Origin: Paramoeba atlantica
Taxonomy: Eukaryota > Protista > Discosea
DNA length: 64,000 nucleotides
Direction: 5' to 3'
Assembly: GCA_977017575.1 (NCBI GenBank)
Contig: CDRNVI010000011.1
Span: forward strand, 186,001 to 250,000
The number at the start of each line of letters is the position of its first letter. Position 1 is the first letter of the stretch. A program made the translations under genes and the position numbers. Of this stretch, positions 1 to 10,562 are shown piece by piece. Below the pieces are notes generated by a model that was not told the DNA's origin, ran no database searches, and saw only the letters and a list, made by a program, of their open reading frames with translations.

Positions 1-300
1 CTCAGAACTAACCTCCATCCACTGTTTGTTCTCGCGGTGCTGGAAATTTATGAAACTTCCCCGAAGAGCTGTAGTTGTCATATTTCGGCGACACGCTGCA
101 ACCCCTTCCTCATGTCCCATGAAGAGAGAGTTGAGCGTTCAGGCCGACATATTTTATGCAGTTTGCCTCTCGCTCCCACCTCGACGACGAGTAGGAATGT
201 GGTAGGATGGTCGAGTTTTCGAGAGTGATATAAACTCCTGTATTTTTCTATTTTGCGCTCGTGTGCGAACTCAAAATTCTCCTCCCAAGGGCAGGTACAG
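1..300 (-). mobile_element. Relic 3' end of a non-LTR retrotransposon with restriction-enzyme-like (REL) endonuclease
   Basis: Minus strand reads TCPWEENFEFAHERKIEKYRSL...LVVEVGARG, then after a frameshift TTTALRGSFINFQHRENKQW. This matches the ELTxPWE..AHERK..KY..EVG.RG..S..W C-terminus of REL retroelements. Confidence 0.75.
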
Positions 301-329
301 TGCACCCAGTTGGTAAAGTCCCAAAAAGC

Positions 330-679
330 GGTTTTCCCAAATGGTTTACCCGCACAGACCCGCTCATGGGTAATTACCCATCGACTCGGCAGGGGTATGT
401 ACGTCGAGGAGGAAGCCAAGGCCCCGGGCCGGACACTAGAAAAGCCGACAAATTTACCAAATACGCAGAATCGGCCCGGAAAAGGGGATGCCCCTGTACC
501 CGCTAGCTTTATCTATATTCGGTGTTCCCGGCAATGCCACACTCTCCCTCCTGAGAAAACGAGCGAAGTACACAACGAATCCGAAAGGCTTTGTGGACCA
601 CACGATCATGGCAGTTGTCGTGGCCATACAGCGCGGAAATACCCAAATTTTGAACGCGGCATCGGTTCATCAAGCCTGA
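330..679 (+). mobile_element. Relic 3' end of a CRE/SLACS-like non-LTR retrotransposon (frameshifted REL domain)
   Basis: Three joined frames give VITHRL..KAPGRTLEK / DKFTKYAESARKRG / PLYPLALSIFGVPGNATLSLL...VVVAIQRGNTQIL. KY..PLA..FG..G..VAIQRGN is the CRE-clade C-terminal signature. Confidence 0.7.
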
Positions 680-1468
680 TTGTGGTTTGCGGGCTGTGTG
701 AGTTTTAAGCGTAGATACTAGTTTTTTCTACATTTGTACTATTACAAAGCATGGGAGTACTTCAATTTAAACCTACTGCATATTTACCTACTGCATATTT
801 ATGATGAAGGCGCAACTATCTAGAAATGATGACATACTTCAGAGCATCGAGAGCCCTGCGAGTGAAGCAACACTTGAGGGGACACTTACTTTTATCGAAC
901 GCTGCCAAAAGGAGATGCTTCCAGTTATCCAAGGCTTAAGGAAAGCCTCTGATGTACCTCGCCCCATCGCAGGGGGCATAAACGTAAATACTTCTGATAA
1001 AGAAATTTAGATGATCACACAACATCAAGCATTGATGATATGAACTTACTCTCCCCTTCATCTTGACGCCACCATGAATTCCAATGAATTCCAGTTCCTC
1101 TTGAGGGGAGACGTTACGTGAGTGCTCACCGAATGCCGCATTTAGAAGGTACCTTTCGACTTGGATATTTTTCGGCTGAACGTGCAATCGGGGTTTATTT
1201 GTATCAACCGTTTATGAAAAACTCTCATATGTTCAGTTCAGCTTTTCAACTGAATATGTAACACAGGGCTGTCACCTATACTGCATGTTTCCTACTTGTG
1301 CTAATGATTGTACGATTCCACAAGTGCTTGGAATGATAAATTGTATTATTTGAGAAAACCTTCCTTGGCTCCTTTTGAGCGTAGTTTAACCATTTTGATA
1401 TAAATATTATACTGAAACGTATATGCTAGTATGCGGCACATTTCTGCATAAGCCATTCAGATCGATTT

Positions 1469-2212
1469 ATGGTTCGTCGACAAATATCGCGGAACCATAA
1501 TAAAAGAGCGTACGAAGAAATTAAACCACCTGCTTGGAAACCTGCGTTATCATGGGTGGCATCACGCTGTGCTCCCTGTGCCTTGTTTATCTATGTACAC
1601 TATGCATATCCTGATCTAGAGGACCGGCTTGATCGCTGGGGAGCAAATTTCTATATTCTTCGTGGAACTCCATCACTTCACCGGGTTCTTACTCATGTAA
1701 TAGTACATGCTTCCGAACGTCATCTTTGGAGTAACGTACTGTCCTACTTTGTCGCCGTTGCAACCACGCCAAGAATGCAATCGTTACAGTGTTTTTATGG
1801 TGTATTTATTGGAGGAGCTTTATACGGGTTATCAGCCACGTACTTAGAGCACAAATATCACCGAACACGTTCGGGTAACAAGTACGGGCTTGGAATTCAA
1901 ATGCTGGCTACTGTCATTAGCTCGGCACAAAAGCTGTGGCAGGATCGCATACCTTTTTGTGGCTCGTCGGCCGGCATCTATGCTCTTCTCTGTTACAATG
2001 CTACTGTCCGTGGCTATTTCTGGGGAGCGTTTTCCATTGCTTGTGGGGAATTAGTACAATGGATGGAGCGTAACCCGGGCCTTCCTTCCTTAGCTGGAGG
2101 GTTCGCCGATCAGTGGCTCTCTCAGCGGTTCGTTGTGGGTCACTGGGCCCATTTAGGAGGAATGCTCTTTGGGGCCTTTGTGGGATGTATTCAATATTTC
2201 GTGAACTATTGA
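1469..2212 (+). CDS. Rhomboid-family intramembrane serine protease
   Basis: Several hydrophobic helices, H...N segment (HLWSN), GSSAG catalytic Ser motif and AHLGG catalytic His motif. Confidence 0.8.
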   Translation: MVRRQISRNHNKRAYEEIKPPAWKPALSWVASRCAPCALFIYVHYAYPDLEDRLDRWGANFYILRGTPSLHRVLTHVIVHASERHLWSNVLSYFVAVATTPRMQSLQCFYGVFIGGALYGLSATYLEHKYHRTRSGNKYGLGIQMLATVISSAQKLWQDRIPFCGSSAGIYALLCYNATVRGYFWGAFSIACGELVQWMERNPGLPSLAGGFADQWLSQRFVVGHWAHLGGMLFGAFVGCIQYFVNY

Positions 2213-2474
2213 TAGGAGAAAGTACGAGCGCGAAGCTTGATGTTAGTTATACATTCTCAGTAATACCATTCTCAATGCGTGCACTGTAATATGCAGTACA
2301 CCACATATTTCATATTTAGTACATACAGGTACATGTGTGGTGAAGTGTACGTATTCTTTTCTCTCATGTATGGTGAAGTGGTGAAGTGTACGTATTTTTT
2401 GTGTCCTATGTTTCGTGACAAAACTTTTGTTGCTTTTTTCATTAGAGTATGTCTTTTCCATCATAATAGATCAT

Positions 2475-3464
2475 ATGGAAGACGTCGCAACGTGGGAAGA
2501 ACTCTGTGCCATTCGTCAAAGGCGTCGACATTTGCAAGACCTTTCCCACCATGCTGTCTCGAATCATTTGCGAAGAAAAATTTCGACTCCTTGGTTTCTT
2601 AAGCCATCACCGGAGATTAAGAATGGTTCTAATGATTCGCACAACCTTGAAGAGGCCGATTCTCTCTCTTCTCCAACAAGCTTGAGTTGCAACGTTTCAA
2701 ATACTCTTGAGAAGGGTACACATATGCCATCACCAGGCTTGCATCCCATACCCCCAGGAAGTTGTCCAATCTCTGCTGACGTACTCCACTTTGATTTCCA
2801 TAGTCTCTCACGACTCGTTTCAAATTTTGACGTCATTTTGATGGATCCTCCGTGGAAGATTTTGCGCTCCGGATTCAGTCCATCTGCGAACGGAGTATCT
2901 GGCATGAAGTCCATTGTAGGGTCTTCCCGTTCTACTGCAATAAAAAAGCAAAACACGGGAAATCGGCTCCCATACCCTCAGCTTACGGATAAAGAAATCG
3001 AATCCTTACCCCTATCAAATTTACAATCTCACGGATTGCTTTTCGTCTGGGCTGTAAACAGTCGAATTCCTAAAGCACTGGACATGATGTGCAGAATTTG
3101 GGGATACGAATTTGTAACTGTGATTGATTGGATAAAATTGCATCCCGGTACTGGGCGCTTGGCTACTGGGAACGGAAATATTCTCTCCCATGGAAAAGAA
3201 AGCCTTCTCATAGGAAAGAAGAGTAGGGAGCGAAACTCATCTACTGATGAAGAAAGCGGTGCCAGCACCAGCGTCTCTGTCCCAGTTGATTATTTTTTTG
3301 CTAACCGTGGTCTCACGTCCAAGAAACCGTTGGAGGCTTACGATATAATTGAGAATATTTTTTGGAGTAGTGATTTAGAACCAAAAAATGGTCACTTTCT
3401 CGAAATTTTTGGAAGACCACATAATCTGCGTAGAGGATGGGTCACAATCGGAAACGAACTTTAG
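2475..3464 (+). CDS. MT-A70 family N6-adenine methyltransferase
   Basis: FDVILMDPPW, LFVWAVN, WGYEFV..IDWIK, GKESLLIGKK and LEIFGRPHNLRRGWVTIGNEL motifs. First ATG at 2475; the ORF track starts at 2415. Confidence 0.9.
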   Translation: MEDVATWEELCAIRQRRRHLQDLSHHAVSNHLRRKISTPWFLKPSPEIKNGSNDSHNLEEADSLSSPTSLSCNVSNTLEKGTHMPSPGLHPIPPGSCPISADVLHFDFHSLSRLVSNFDVILMDPPWKILRSGFSPSANGVSGMKSIVGSSRSTAIKKQNTGNRLPYPQLTDKEIESLPLSNLQSHGLLFVWAVNSRIPKALDMMCRIWGYEFVTVIDWIKLHPGTGRLATGNGNILSHGKESLLIGKKSRERNSSTDEESGASTSVSVPVDYFFANRGLTSKKPLEAYDIIENIFWSSDLEPKNGHFLEIFGRPHNLRRGWVTIGNEL

Positions 3465-3714
3465 CGATATACGAAAAGATTGTGATTCATAAGTAAAGTT
3501 GTACTTCTTTTAGTACAATGTAGTGCTCACTGTCTTAGGTCAACCAACCAGGTCAAGACTTTCGCTTTTATACGTTAACTTCCGTATGCTTCACAGTATG
3601 GGTTATTGGTTATGTTAATCTAAGTTGAAGTGTAGTTAATTTACTTACAATTCAGAGTTGTTTACTTGGATTTTCTTCCTACCTTGGTATTTCGAATAGA
3701 TTACCTTATTGAAA

Positions 3715-4503
3715 ATGTTTTTCCGCTCTGTTCGCCGATACAGTGGAGTCTTGTATCCGCCTTCTTTTCAAGACTTTCCCGGAATATCTACTACACAAAA
3801 GGGAGCATCTAATTCGTCAAAAGGTAAATCGAAAAGTAGTCACCCCGTATCCACTGGGACGTCCGCACCTCTATCAATGTACGAATCATCGGAAACTCGA
3901 CCAGAAATTAAACAGGAAGGTGGATATGTGGTAATGGATCCGAAGACCGTATTAGCCGTAATACGACACGATCCCGGCATGACCTCGTCGTACTACGCGA
4001 AAAAGTACTTTGGTTGTGCTCATAGAGCAGATCTAAATATGATTCTATGGGGCCGTCTTAAGAAGTTGGGTGACGTTCAAGTACGTCGAGACGGAGATGA
4101 AAATGCTTTGTGGTATCCTGGAATGGAGTACGAACGTCATCCTAATAAACTTGTTCCAAACCTTTCACACAATGAGCGCATGTCAGCGCAGTCTAAGAAA
4201 AGGAGTAAGAAGGCTCAATGGGATCCATGGTTGGACCAGACCACAGGGACCAGAAACATTCCTAAGGAAGAGCCACTTACAAAAAACGATTCTCTAAATC
4301 TGACCGATGAAACTGCTAGGGCGCCAACATTACAAGAATTGTCAGTCACTTGTCGTAGACAAAACTCATTGAACAATTCCAAGGACGTTGATTCGAAGGA
4401 CATTTCCAGTAGTTGTGGTGAAAAACTAGAAGAAATTTTGCAAATTCTTGAAACTTCGAACGACGCAGATACCAATGAAGAAAGCGTAAAAAAAGCTGTG
4501 TAG
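3715..4503 (+). CDS. Hypothetical, probably mitochondrion-targeted protein with a Z-alpha-like winged-helix segment
   Basis: Basic N-terminus MFFRSVRRY. Segment VLAVIRHDPGMTSSYYAKKY..DLNMILWGRLKKLGDV..ALW resembles a Z-alpha domain (N..LY.L.K.G....P.W). Confidence 0.45.
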   Translation: MFFRSVRRYSGVLYPPSFQDFPGISTTQKGASNSSKGKSKSSHPVSTGTSAPLSMYESSETRPEIKQEGGYVVMDPKTVLAVIRHDPGMTSSYYAKKYFGCAHRADLNMILWGRLKKLGDVQVRRDGDENALWYPGMEYERHPNKLVPNLSHNERMSAQSKKRSKKAQWDPWLDQTTGTRNIPKEEPLTKNDSLNLTDETARAPTLQELSVTCRRQNSLNNSKDVDSKDISSSCGEKLEEILQILETSNDADTNEESVKKAV

Positions 4504-5223
4504 AAAACTGACTGAAAGTGTTCTTTCTGTTAGACCCCCACGTCAAAAATATGAACAGCATTTTCTACCGTATTGAATACGATAGACTGACTACCATTCA
4601 GTCACTGGTTTCTTTTTCCTCAGAAAGAACTTGAATTGAATGGCTTGAAGGGCCAAGTACTATACGCTACCTTATTGGACAACACAGCTTTTTTACGAAA
4701 CGAAAAGCAGCCTAGAAGGTAAATTTCATGATTGAAATTGTAATTGCCAGTGTCAAAGGTGGTGGCATCCTCTTCTTTCTGAAGATGCTTCTTTAAAGGT
4801 CGCCCGATACGCCTTGAACAGCTCTTTCAGCAACGACATAAACGCAGAGCTGTTGCTTTTTTTCTGTGCGAGTACTCTGGATGAATGTCTGAATGAAGTG
4901 TCACAAGCTCACGATATTCGTTGGCTTTACTCTGAACAGTCAATATTCGGTTGTACTTGTACGTACAAAAGGATACATGTATGCGTACTCCGACAGGATA
5001 TGTGTACTCCGACAGGATAAAGTTTTATTCACGAGTTGTAAGTAAAGTCCCTTGTAAATTACAAGCGAAATTCTTCTTCAGCTTCAACACCTGATTTTAT
5101 ATGATTTATTATGAGAGGAATGGTACTTGTTTTCCTTATCTTTTATGTGTAATTCTACTTTTTTTCACTACTTATACTTGTCAACTTAGCAACAAGAGTA
5201 GGTCCTATACTGTATAGCTCTCA

Positions 5224-6969
5224 ATGCAGCTTCTGAAGCAGGAACCTTCATCTCCTACTGGACGCTCTTTTCACCTAGATGCATCAGAGTTTCCGAAAGC
5301 GGGAGTAGGCAACGAATTGCAGAATTCTACTTGGGTGGGACTATATAAAAACCGACCTCTGAAATACAACTTAATTCAACAAAATTATGATAACCTTCTG
5401 CGTCCCGTAAAAACTAGGCTTATGGAAGACAGTGTATTTCTACCCGATCTAGGGGATTTAGTTTCCGCCCGTCTCCGTTTACTTGCAGCTGTGGAAAAAA
5501 ATCGTCATGAACTTTTCAGAGAGCATGGAAGAAATGAAACCCCATTCCTTTCTACCCTAAGTTCTGTAGAAAAAGGTTTATTACAGGACTGGACTCGCGA
5601 TCATGTATCTTTCTATTTATGTTTGTTGGGGTTTTGTCACATTGATCACCTACGACAATGGTTCTCTCGGTGCGAGGAGAACCTTTTTCGCATGCGACTG
5701 CGGGAACTAACAAGCGTTGAGCAAGAATCTGTGTTCCAGGCGAACGGAGTGCCTGCACGCGTGATTCCCACACTTGCGAAGGTGAGCCACATCTCAGATT
5801 TGGGGAACACTGATGCGGATTCGGGCCATGCACTCGCATACAAAGTCACAGGCATGTCACAGCGCTATGCTACGCTGGGAGTACGAAAAATTGCCGAGGC
5901 AGCCACAGCAACCGCGAGAGCTCTTACTGGTAAAGCTTCCATATCGAGTGAGCTGCCTTCTACCGTTGTTGTTTCCTCCGGTGAGTCGGCTTCGTGGTAT
6001 CGAGTCCCATTTCGGCACGTTCTGGATGCAGTACGAAGGCGAAGCGTTTGTTTGCATCGTGGAGAGGCTGTTGTGCAGAACCGGGAGATCGTAACCATGC
6101 AGTGTAACATGTTTCAAGATAGTTTGGGAAAGCTGTTGTCTCAAGCGGTTCCTCAAAGGCTCTCACTTCAGCATTCTGCCTCCAACTATGTGATTCATAA
6201 GATAGACGCCATTGTTACAGTCGAGGCTTTTGCCCCCGGTTCCCGTTCCGATACGGAGGATCACAAACTTGGTGTTGTTCATAGTGAACAAATTGACTCC
6301 CTTGCTGCTGAACACTTCCCACCCTGCATGAAGCAGTTGCAAGACCAGCTTAACAGAGATCGCCACCTCAAATTTCATGGAAGGTTCCAGTACAGTACTT
6401 TTCTCAAACGCATTGGTTTGTCCATGGATGAGGCGATTGAATTCTTTGGTTCACGAGAGGCTATGGGGCTTGAGGCATTTAAGAGGTCAAGCTACGCATA
6501 TGCAATTCGGCATCACTATGGTAAGGAAGGGAAGCACGTCAGCTATAACGCTATGGGATGCGGGTCAATTATTATGGGGGCTCCTCCCTCTTCCTCCTCG
6601 TGCCACGGGTGCCCGTTTCGCCACTCCGAAAGCAGCAATCTGCACCGCATGCTTCGGGAGCAACTACCGAAAGGTAGCCCTCAAGAGATAGAGGATATTG
6701 TTAAGGATGCGCAGTCTCAACACTACACTCGAAGTTGCCATCGCTTTTTTATTGCAAAGCATCCCTCGTATCAAGGGGATGGTCTGTTTACCTCGCCGTA
6801 TCAGTTCTATGCGGCCAGTCGGGAACTTGCTGAACGGCGGACGGAGGTGAAATTAGAAAAGAATGATTCGAGTTTTCATGTCTCGGAGGATGTTTCTCCG
6901 GGTAGAGTTACCACTATTTCTTGTGCTCCAAGTGTGAGTTCACCCGTGAACATGCAAACCGATACGTAG
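5224..6969 (+). CDS. PRI2: DNA primase large subunit
   Basis: HFPPCM, HLKFHGRFQYSTFLKRIG, YAIRHHYGKEGK, Y...GC..I, HGCPFRH and final Cys: the 4Fe-4S domain motifs. Confidence 0.95.
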   Translation: MQLLKQEPSSPTGRSFHLDASEFPKAGVGNELQNSTWVGLYKNRPLKYNLIQQNYDNLLRPVKTRLMEDSVFLPDLGDLVSARLRLLAAVEKNRHELFREHGRNETPFLSTLSSVEKGLLQDWTRDHVSFYLCLLGFCHIDHLRQWFSRCEENLFRMRLRELTSVEQESVFQANGVPARVIPTLAKVSHISDLGNTDADSGHALAYKVTGMSQRYATLGVRKIAEAATATARALTGKASISSELPSTVVVSSGESASWYRVPFRHVLDAVRRRSVCLHRGEAVVQNREIVTMQCNMFQDSLGKLLSQAVPQRLSLQHSASNYVIHKIDAIVTVEAFAPGSRSDTEDHKLGVVHSEQIDSLAAEHFPPCMKQLQDQLNRDRHLKFHGRFQYSTFLKRIGLSMDEAIEFFGSREAMGLEAFKRSSYAYAIRHHYGKEGKHVSYNAMGCGSIIMGAPPSSSSCHGCPFRHSESSNLHRMLREQLPKGSPQEIEDIVKDAQSQHYTRSCHRFFIAKHPSYQGDGLFTSPYQFYAASRELAERRTEVKLEKNDSSFHVSEDVSPGRVTTISCAPSVSSPVNMQTDT

Positions 6970-7272
6970 CCATCTAAAAGTCAAGAAGTGGTAATTTAAC
7001 GCAGATTGTAAAAAAGACTTCTAATCATATTTTTCTTCTTCTTCTCTTCTTCTGTAAAAGAAGACTTGTAATCATTGAAGCGTGTAATCATGGATGAGCA
7101 CTATAAAATCCACAGTACTTTATTCGTCTCACCCTAACCTAAAATCGACATTACCCCCGCTCGCTCTCTTTTACCCTATTCCACTCGTATCCTGCCCACA
7201 CGCACTCACGAACTCTCCCTCTTCCTCCTTAGCCTTTTTTTCTCATCTTTTCTCTCACCACCGTTTTTTCCC

Positions 7273-8118
7273 ATGAAACTCCTCATCGCGGATCCCTCCA
7301 CCGGCGGCACCAAGAGCGTTGACATCGAGGACGACCACCTGCGCAAAGCCAACCTCTCCGACTACCGCATGGGGCAGGAGATGGAGGGCCACATCTTCGA
7401 CGAGGCCTTTGCGGGGTACAAATTCCGCATCACCGGGGGCCAGGACAAGGACGGGTTCCCGATGAAGCAAGGGGTGATGACCGCAAGCCGCGTGCGCCTG
7501 CTGCTCCAGCCCGGCACCGTGGGGTTCCAAAAGTGGCGCGCCCGGAAAGGGGAGCGCCGACGACGCAGCGTCCGCGGGTGTATCCTCGGGGGGGATTTGG
7601 CCACCCTCGCGCTGACGGTCACCAAGAAAGGGGAGAAGGACATCGCCGGGGTCACGGACGTCTCCGTGCCGCTGCGTCTGGGCCCGAAACGGGCGAATAA
7701 GATTCGTAAGCTGTTTGGGCTCACCACCCAGCCCGTGACGAAGTATGTCGTGCGACGCACGATCCCGGAGAAGGACCGCAGTGAGAAAGGGGGGAAGAAT
7801 ATTCGTTCCTACACCAAGGCCCCGAAGATTCAGCGTTTGATTGTTCCCTCGATTCTTCGACGTCGTAAGGCAAAGCTGGAGGAGAAGAAGGCACGCGTGG
7901 TGCGCAGCGCAGCCGAGCGTAAGGAATACATTTCGCTTTTGCTTGCTCGCCGTAGAGACCAGCGTCTGCGTCGTCATGATGAGCAAAAGCGAAAGCAGCG
8001 CTCGTTGGTGAAGAAGCAAGATGTGGAAATTCGAGAAGCTCGGCGCAAGGCGTATGAGCGCTCCAAAAAGGCGAGTGCGGGAAAGGGAAAATCCAAGAGC
8101 GGTATTCGACGAAAGTAA
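7273..8118 (+). CDS. RPS6: 40S ribosomal protein S6 (eS6)
   Basis: GGQDKDGFPMKQGV, GERRRRSVRGC and LGPKRANKIRKLF motifs. Confidence 0.98.
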   Translation: MKLLIADPSTGGTKSVDIEDDHLRKANLSDYRMGQEMEGHIFDEAFAGYKFRITGGQDKDGFPMKQGVMTASRVRLLLQPGTVGFQKWRARKGERRRRSVRGCILGGDLATLALTVTKKGEKDIAGVTDVSVPLRLGPKRANKIRKLFGLTTQPVTKYVVRRTIPEKDRSEKGGKNIRSYTKAPKIQRLIVPSILRRRKAKLEEKKARVVRSAAERKEYISLLLARRRDQRLRRHDEQKRKQRSLVKKQDVEIREARRKAYERSKKASAGKGKSKSGIRRK

Positions 8119-8424
8119 TGCTCTATTCTGAAAAGAAGACGAAGGTGGTATGAAAGTTGTAACTCACTGTAGGATATATCAAGTTTCGTAGTGCTATGGT
8201 TTTAAAGTATCAAAAGTTGTATTACGAAAGTTTTCTCTTATAGAATTAAATTCTCTACGTACACAATACTTTTGAGGCTTATATATTTTTACGCGGATTG
8301 GTAAGAATTATTAAATTTGTGTCTCAGCTGATTCGGAGAATGCGTTTTACTGTTCACTTTCTAATTGTACAGAATATCTCACCTTTACGATAATGTTTGC
8401 GACACATCCTGACTTTTTGTCGGA

Positions 8425-9870
8425 ATGCTTCCATATAGAACATGTGTTGTAGGATCGGGACCTGCCGGCTTTTATTTCGTTGATGCCTTACAAAAGGCAT
8501 TTGATTCCCGTAGAGCAAGGTATCCGTCTTCATGTCTCACCATGCGAACACCCAAAGGATATCGAAGTTTTGACCGACTTCAGTTTGATATCTTGGAAAA
8601 GCTACCCACACCTTACGGCTTAATACGATATGGCGTAGCTCCGGACCATCCGGAAATCCGAAATGTGGAGTCCCGGTTTGAGGAGATCGCATCTCGCGAA
8701 CATGTGCGATGGTTGGGAAATATTGAACTGGGTAAGGATGTATCCATAGAGCAGCTTCTCAATACTTACAACACTGTAGTCCTCGCCACAGGGGCTAGTG
8801 AGGTTAACAAATTACAGTGCAAAGGGTCAACAAACGCGCATGTGCACTACGCTAAGAACATTGTAGAGTGGTACAATGGATATCCTTTTAGCTGCTATAA
8901 TTTACAAGAGCCCCCTTGGGGTAACACGTCGAGTCCGAAAGAAGCGGTTATTATTGGAAATGGCAACGTTTCTTTAGATGTCGCTCGAATTTTCTTGCAA
9001 GATTCCAAGAAACTGGAAGCAACGGATATATCCTCTCCTGCATTGCGCGTATTACAAAGTTGCGATATTCAACGGATTACCATAGTCGGACGCCGTGGAG
9101 CTTTGGAATCTGCTTTTAGTATCAAAGAATTTCGTGAAATGCTTTCTTTGGAAAATGTGGATGTTTCTCTGGACAAATTCTGCTACGAATCCTCAGATGT
9201 TCCACGATCGCGAAGACGACTCATCGACTTGCTCAAGTCCGTTTCAAATCAAAGTCTATTAGATCAAACTAAGAAACGCCTTCTTAATCTGAAATACAAT
9301 CTTCGTCCGTTAGAAATACGAGCGCGTTCAATCCTTTTTGAATGTTTGGAACCCAGTCCCGGGGTAAACGCAAGCGACAATTCTGCCTCCCGCTTGGTGT
9401 GGTCCCCAAATGGAAAACAAGTTGAAATGAACGCTGATGTCGTGATTTTCGCTACAGGATATCGTGGAAGTTACATCCCTAGCGTTCCTTTGGAGGAAAA
9501 GACACGAATGATATCTCATAGTGAGGGAGCAGTTCTTTCCATTCCTCGCCTTTATACCGTAGGATGGGCCAAACGTGGGGCACATGGCGTCATTGCCAGT
9601 GTCATTCCAGATGCACTCGAAACGGCACAAACAATGTTGGAAGAAGAATGTTCTAAGCGTTTATCAGAAAATGGGCATATTCAGCCTGGTTCAGCTGCGG
9701 AAGAGCCTAAAACATGTGACTTACCCTGTTTTAAGAATGCTACAAATGTTACATTTGAGCAATGGAAACGCATTCAAAATTTTGAAAAATGTGCTGGTGT
9801 ATTACTGGGAAAATCGTCCGAGAGAATTTTGCAATATAAGAAGATGATTGCTGTAGCTTGCGGCCAATAA
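8425..9870 (+). CDS. FDXR: NADPH:adrenodoxin (ferredoxin) oxidoreductase, mitochondrial type
   Basis: VVGSGPAGFY, EKLPTPYGLIRYGVAPDHPE, IIGNGNVSLDVAR and GWAKRGAHGVI motifs. Confidence 0.95.
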   Translation: MLPYRTCVVGSGPAGFYFVDALQKAFDSRRARYPSSCLTMRTPKGYRSFDRLQFDILEKLPTPYGLIRYGVAPDHPEIRNVESRFEEIASREHVRWLGNIELGKDVSIEQLLNTYNTVVLATGASEVNKLQCKGSTNAHVHYAKNIVEWYNGYPFSCYNLQEPPWGNTSSPKEAVIIGNGNVSLDVARIFLQDSKKLEATDISSPALRVLQSCDIQRITIVGRRGALESAFSIKEFREMLSLENVDVSLDKFCYESSDVPRSRRRLIDLLKSVSNQSLLDQTKKRLLNLKYNLRPLEIRARSILFECLEPSPGVNASDNSASRLVWSPNGKQVEMNADVVIFATGYRGSYIPSVPLEEKTRMISHSEGAVLSIPRLYTVGWAKRGAHGVIASVIPDALETAQTMLEEECSKRLSENGHIQPGSAAEEPKTCDLPCFKNATNVTFEQWKRIQNFEKCAGVLLGKSSERILQYKKMIAVACGQ

Positions 9871-10562
9871 GAGCGACTAACGTCGTGTACGTTGTTGTGT
9901 CTTCAATACAAGTTAATGTGATGAGTTCTATTCGTATTCAGACGAGAGTCGCATTCGACGATCTCGCATTAATTTTGCGTAGGCTTCTACCAGCCTAACC
10001 GCCCCCATTCCATTCGGATGGCTTCCGATTAAGACGAAGAACGAAATTTCTACGAATTGGTTTACATACATGCATGTCTCCATGCTGCCAAGAGATCGAG
10101 AACTCTTTGATGTCCTCAAAAAAATAGGGTTTATCTGTTGAAGAGAAGAGGTCATCAGTCCACGCACTACCTCGAGACAAGGGAGGTAGATGTTGGGGTG
10201 TACCAGATACTAGATGAACACTACATACAATGTATGTATGTGTAGTCTATAATTTATATTTAAGCTAATATTCGTGTTTCCTACATAAACATACATTTAA
10301 TTTGCGTGTGCTTTCATGTGTTACGTCAAAGAACTGCTACCTACGTGTAAGAGTTACATTACTTTAGAAGTTCACCTAAGGGCTATGGGAGAACAGAAAC
10401 GTTATCATGTCTTTGTTTTGTGGGTGGACTTGGTATATTTGTCTGTCCTCTTTTTCTAAAATGCGTATTTGTACCTTTTGGTGTTTACCCAGATGATCTA
10501 TCTTATGAGCACAATTCTAGTTCTGCTGCAGGATCAATTGTAACATCCGTCATTTCGTGTGC

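Noticed and set aside
6-16. AACTAAC resembling the start of the spliced-leader exon
   Set aside because: The similarity stops after 7 nt, and the region is the tail of the minus-strand retroelement frame.
771-800. 15-bp tandem duplication ACCTACTGCATATTT (similar small duplications near 2340-2395 and 4985-5019)
   Set aside because: Consistent with ordinary slippage; nothing is inserted between the copies.
801-1010. 69-aa ORF downstream of the retroelement relics
   Set aside because: No recognisable domain; it cannot be supported as a gene.
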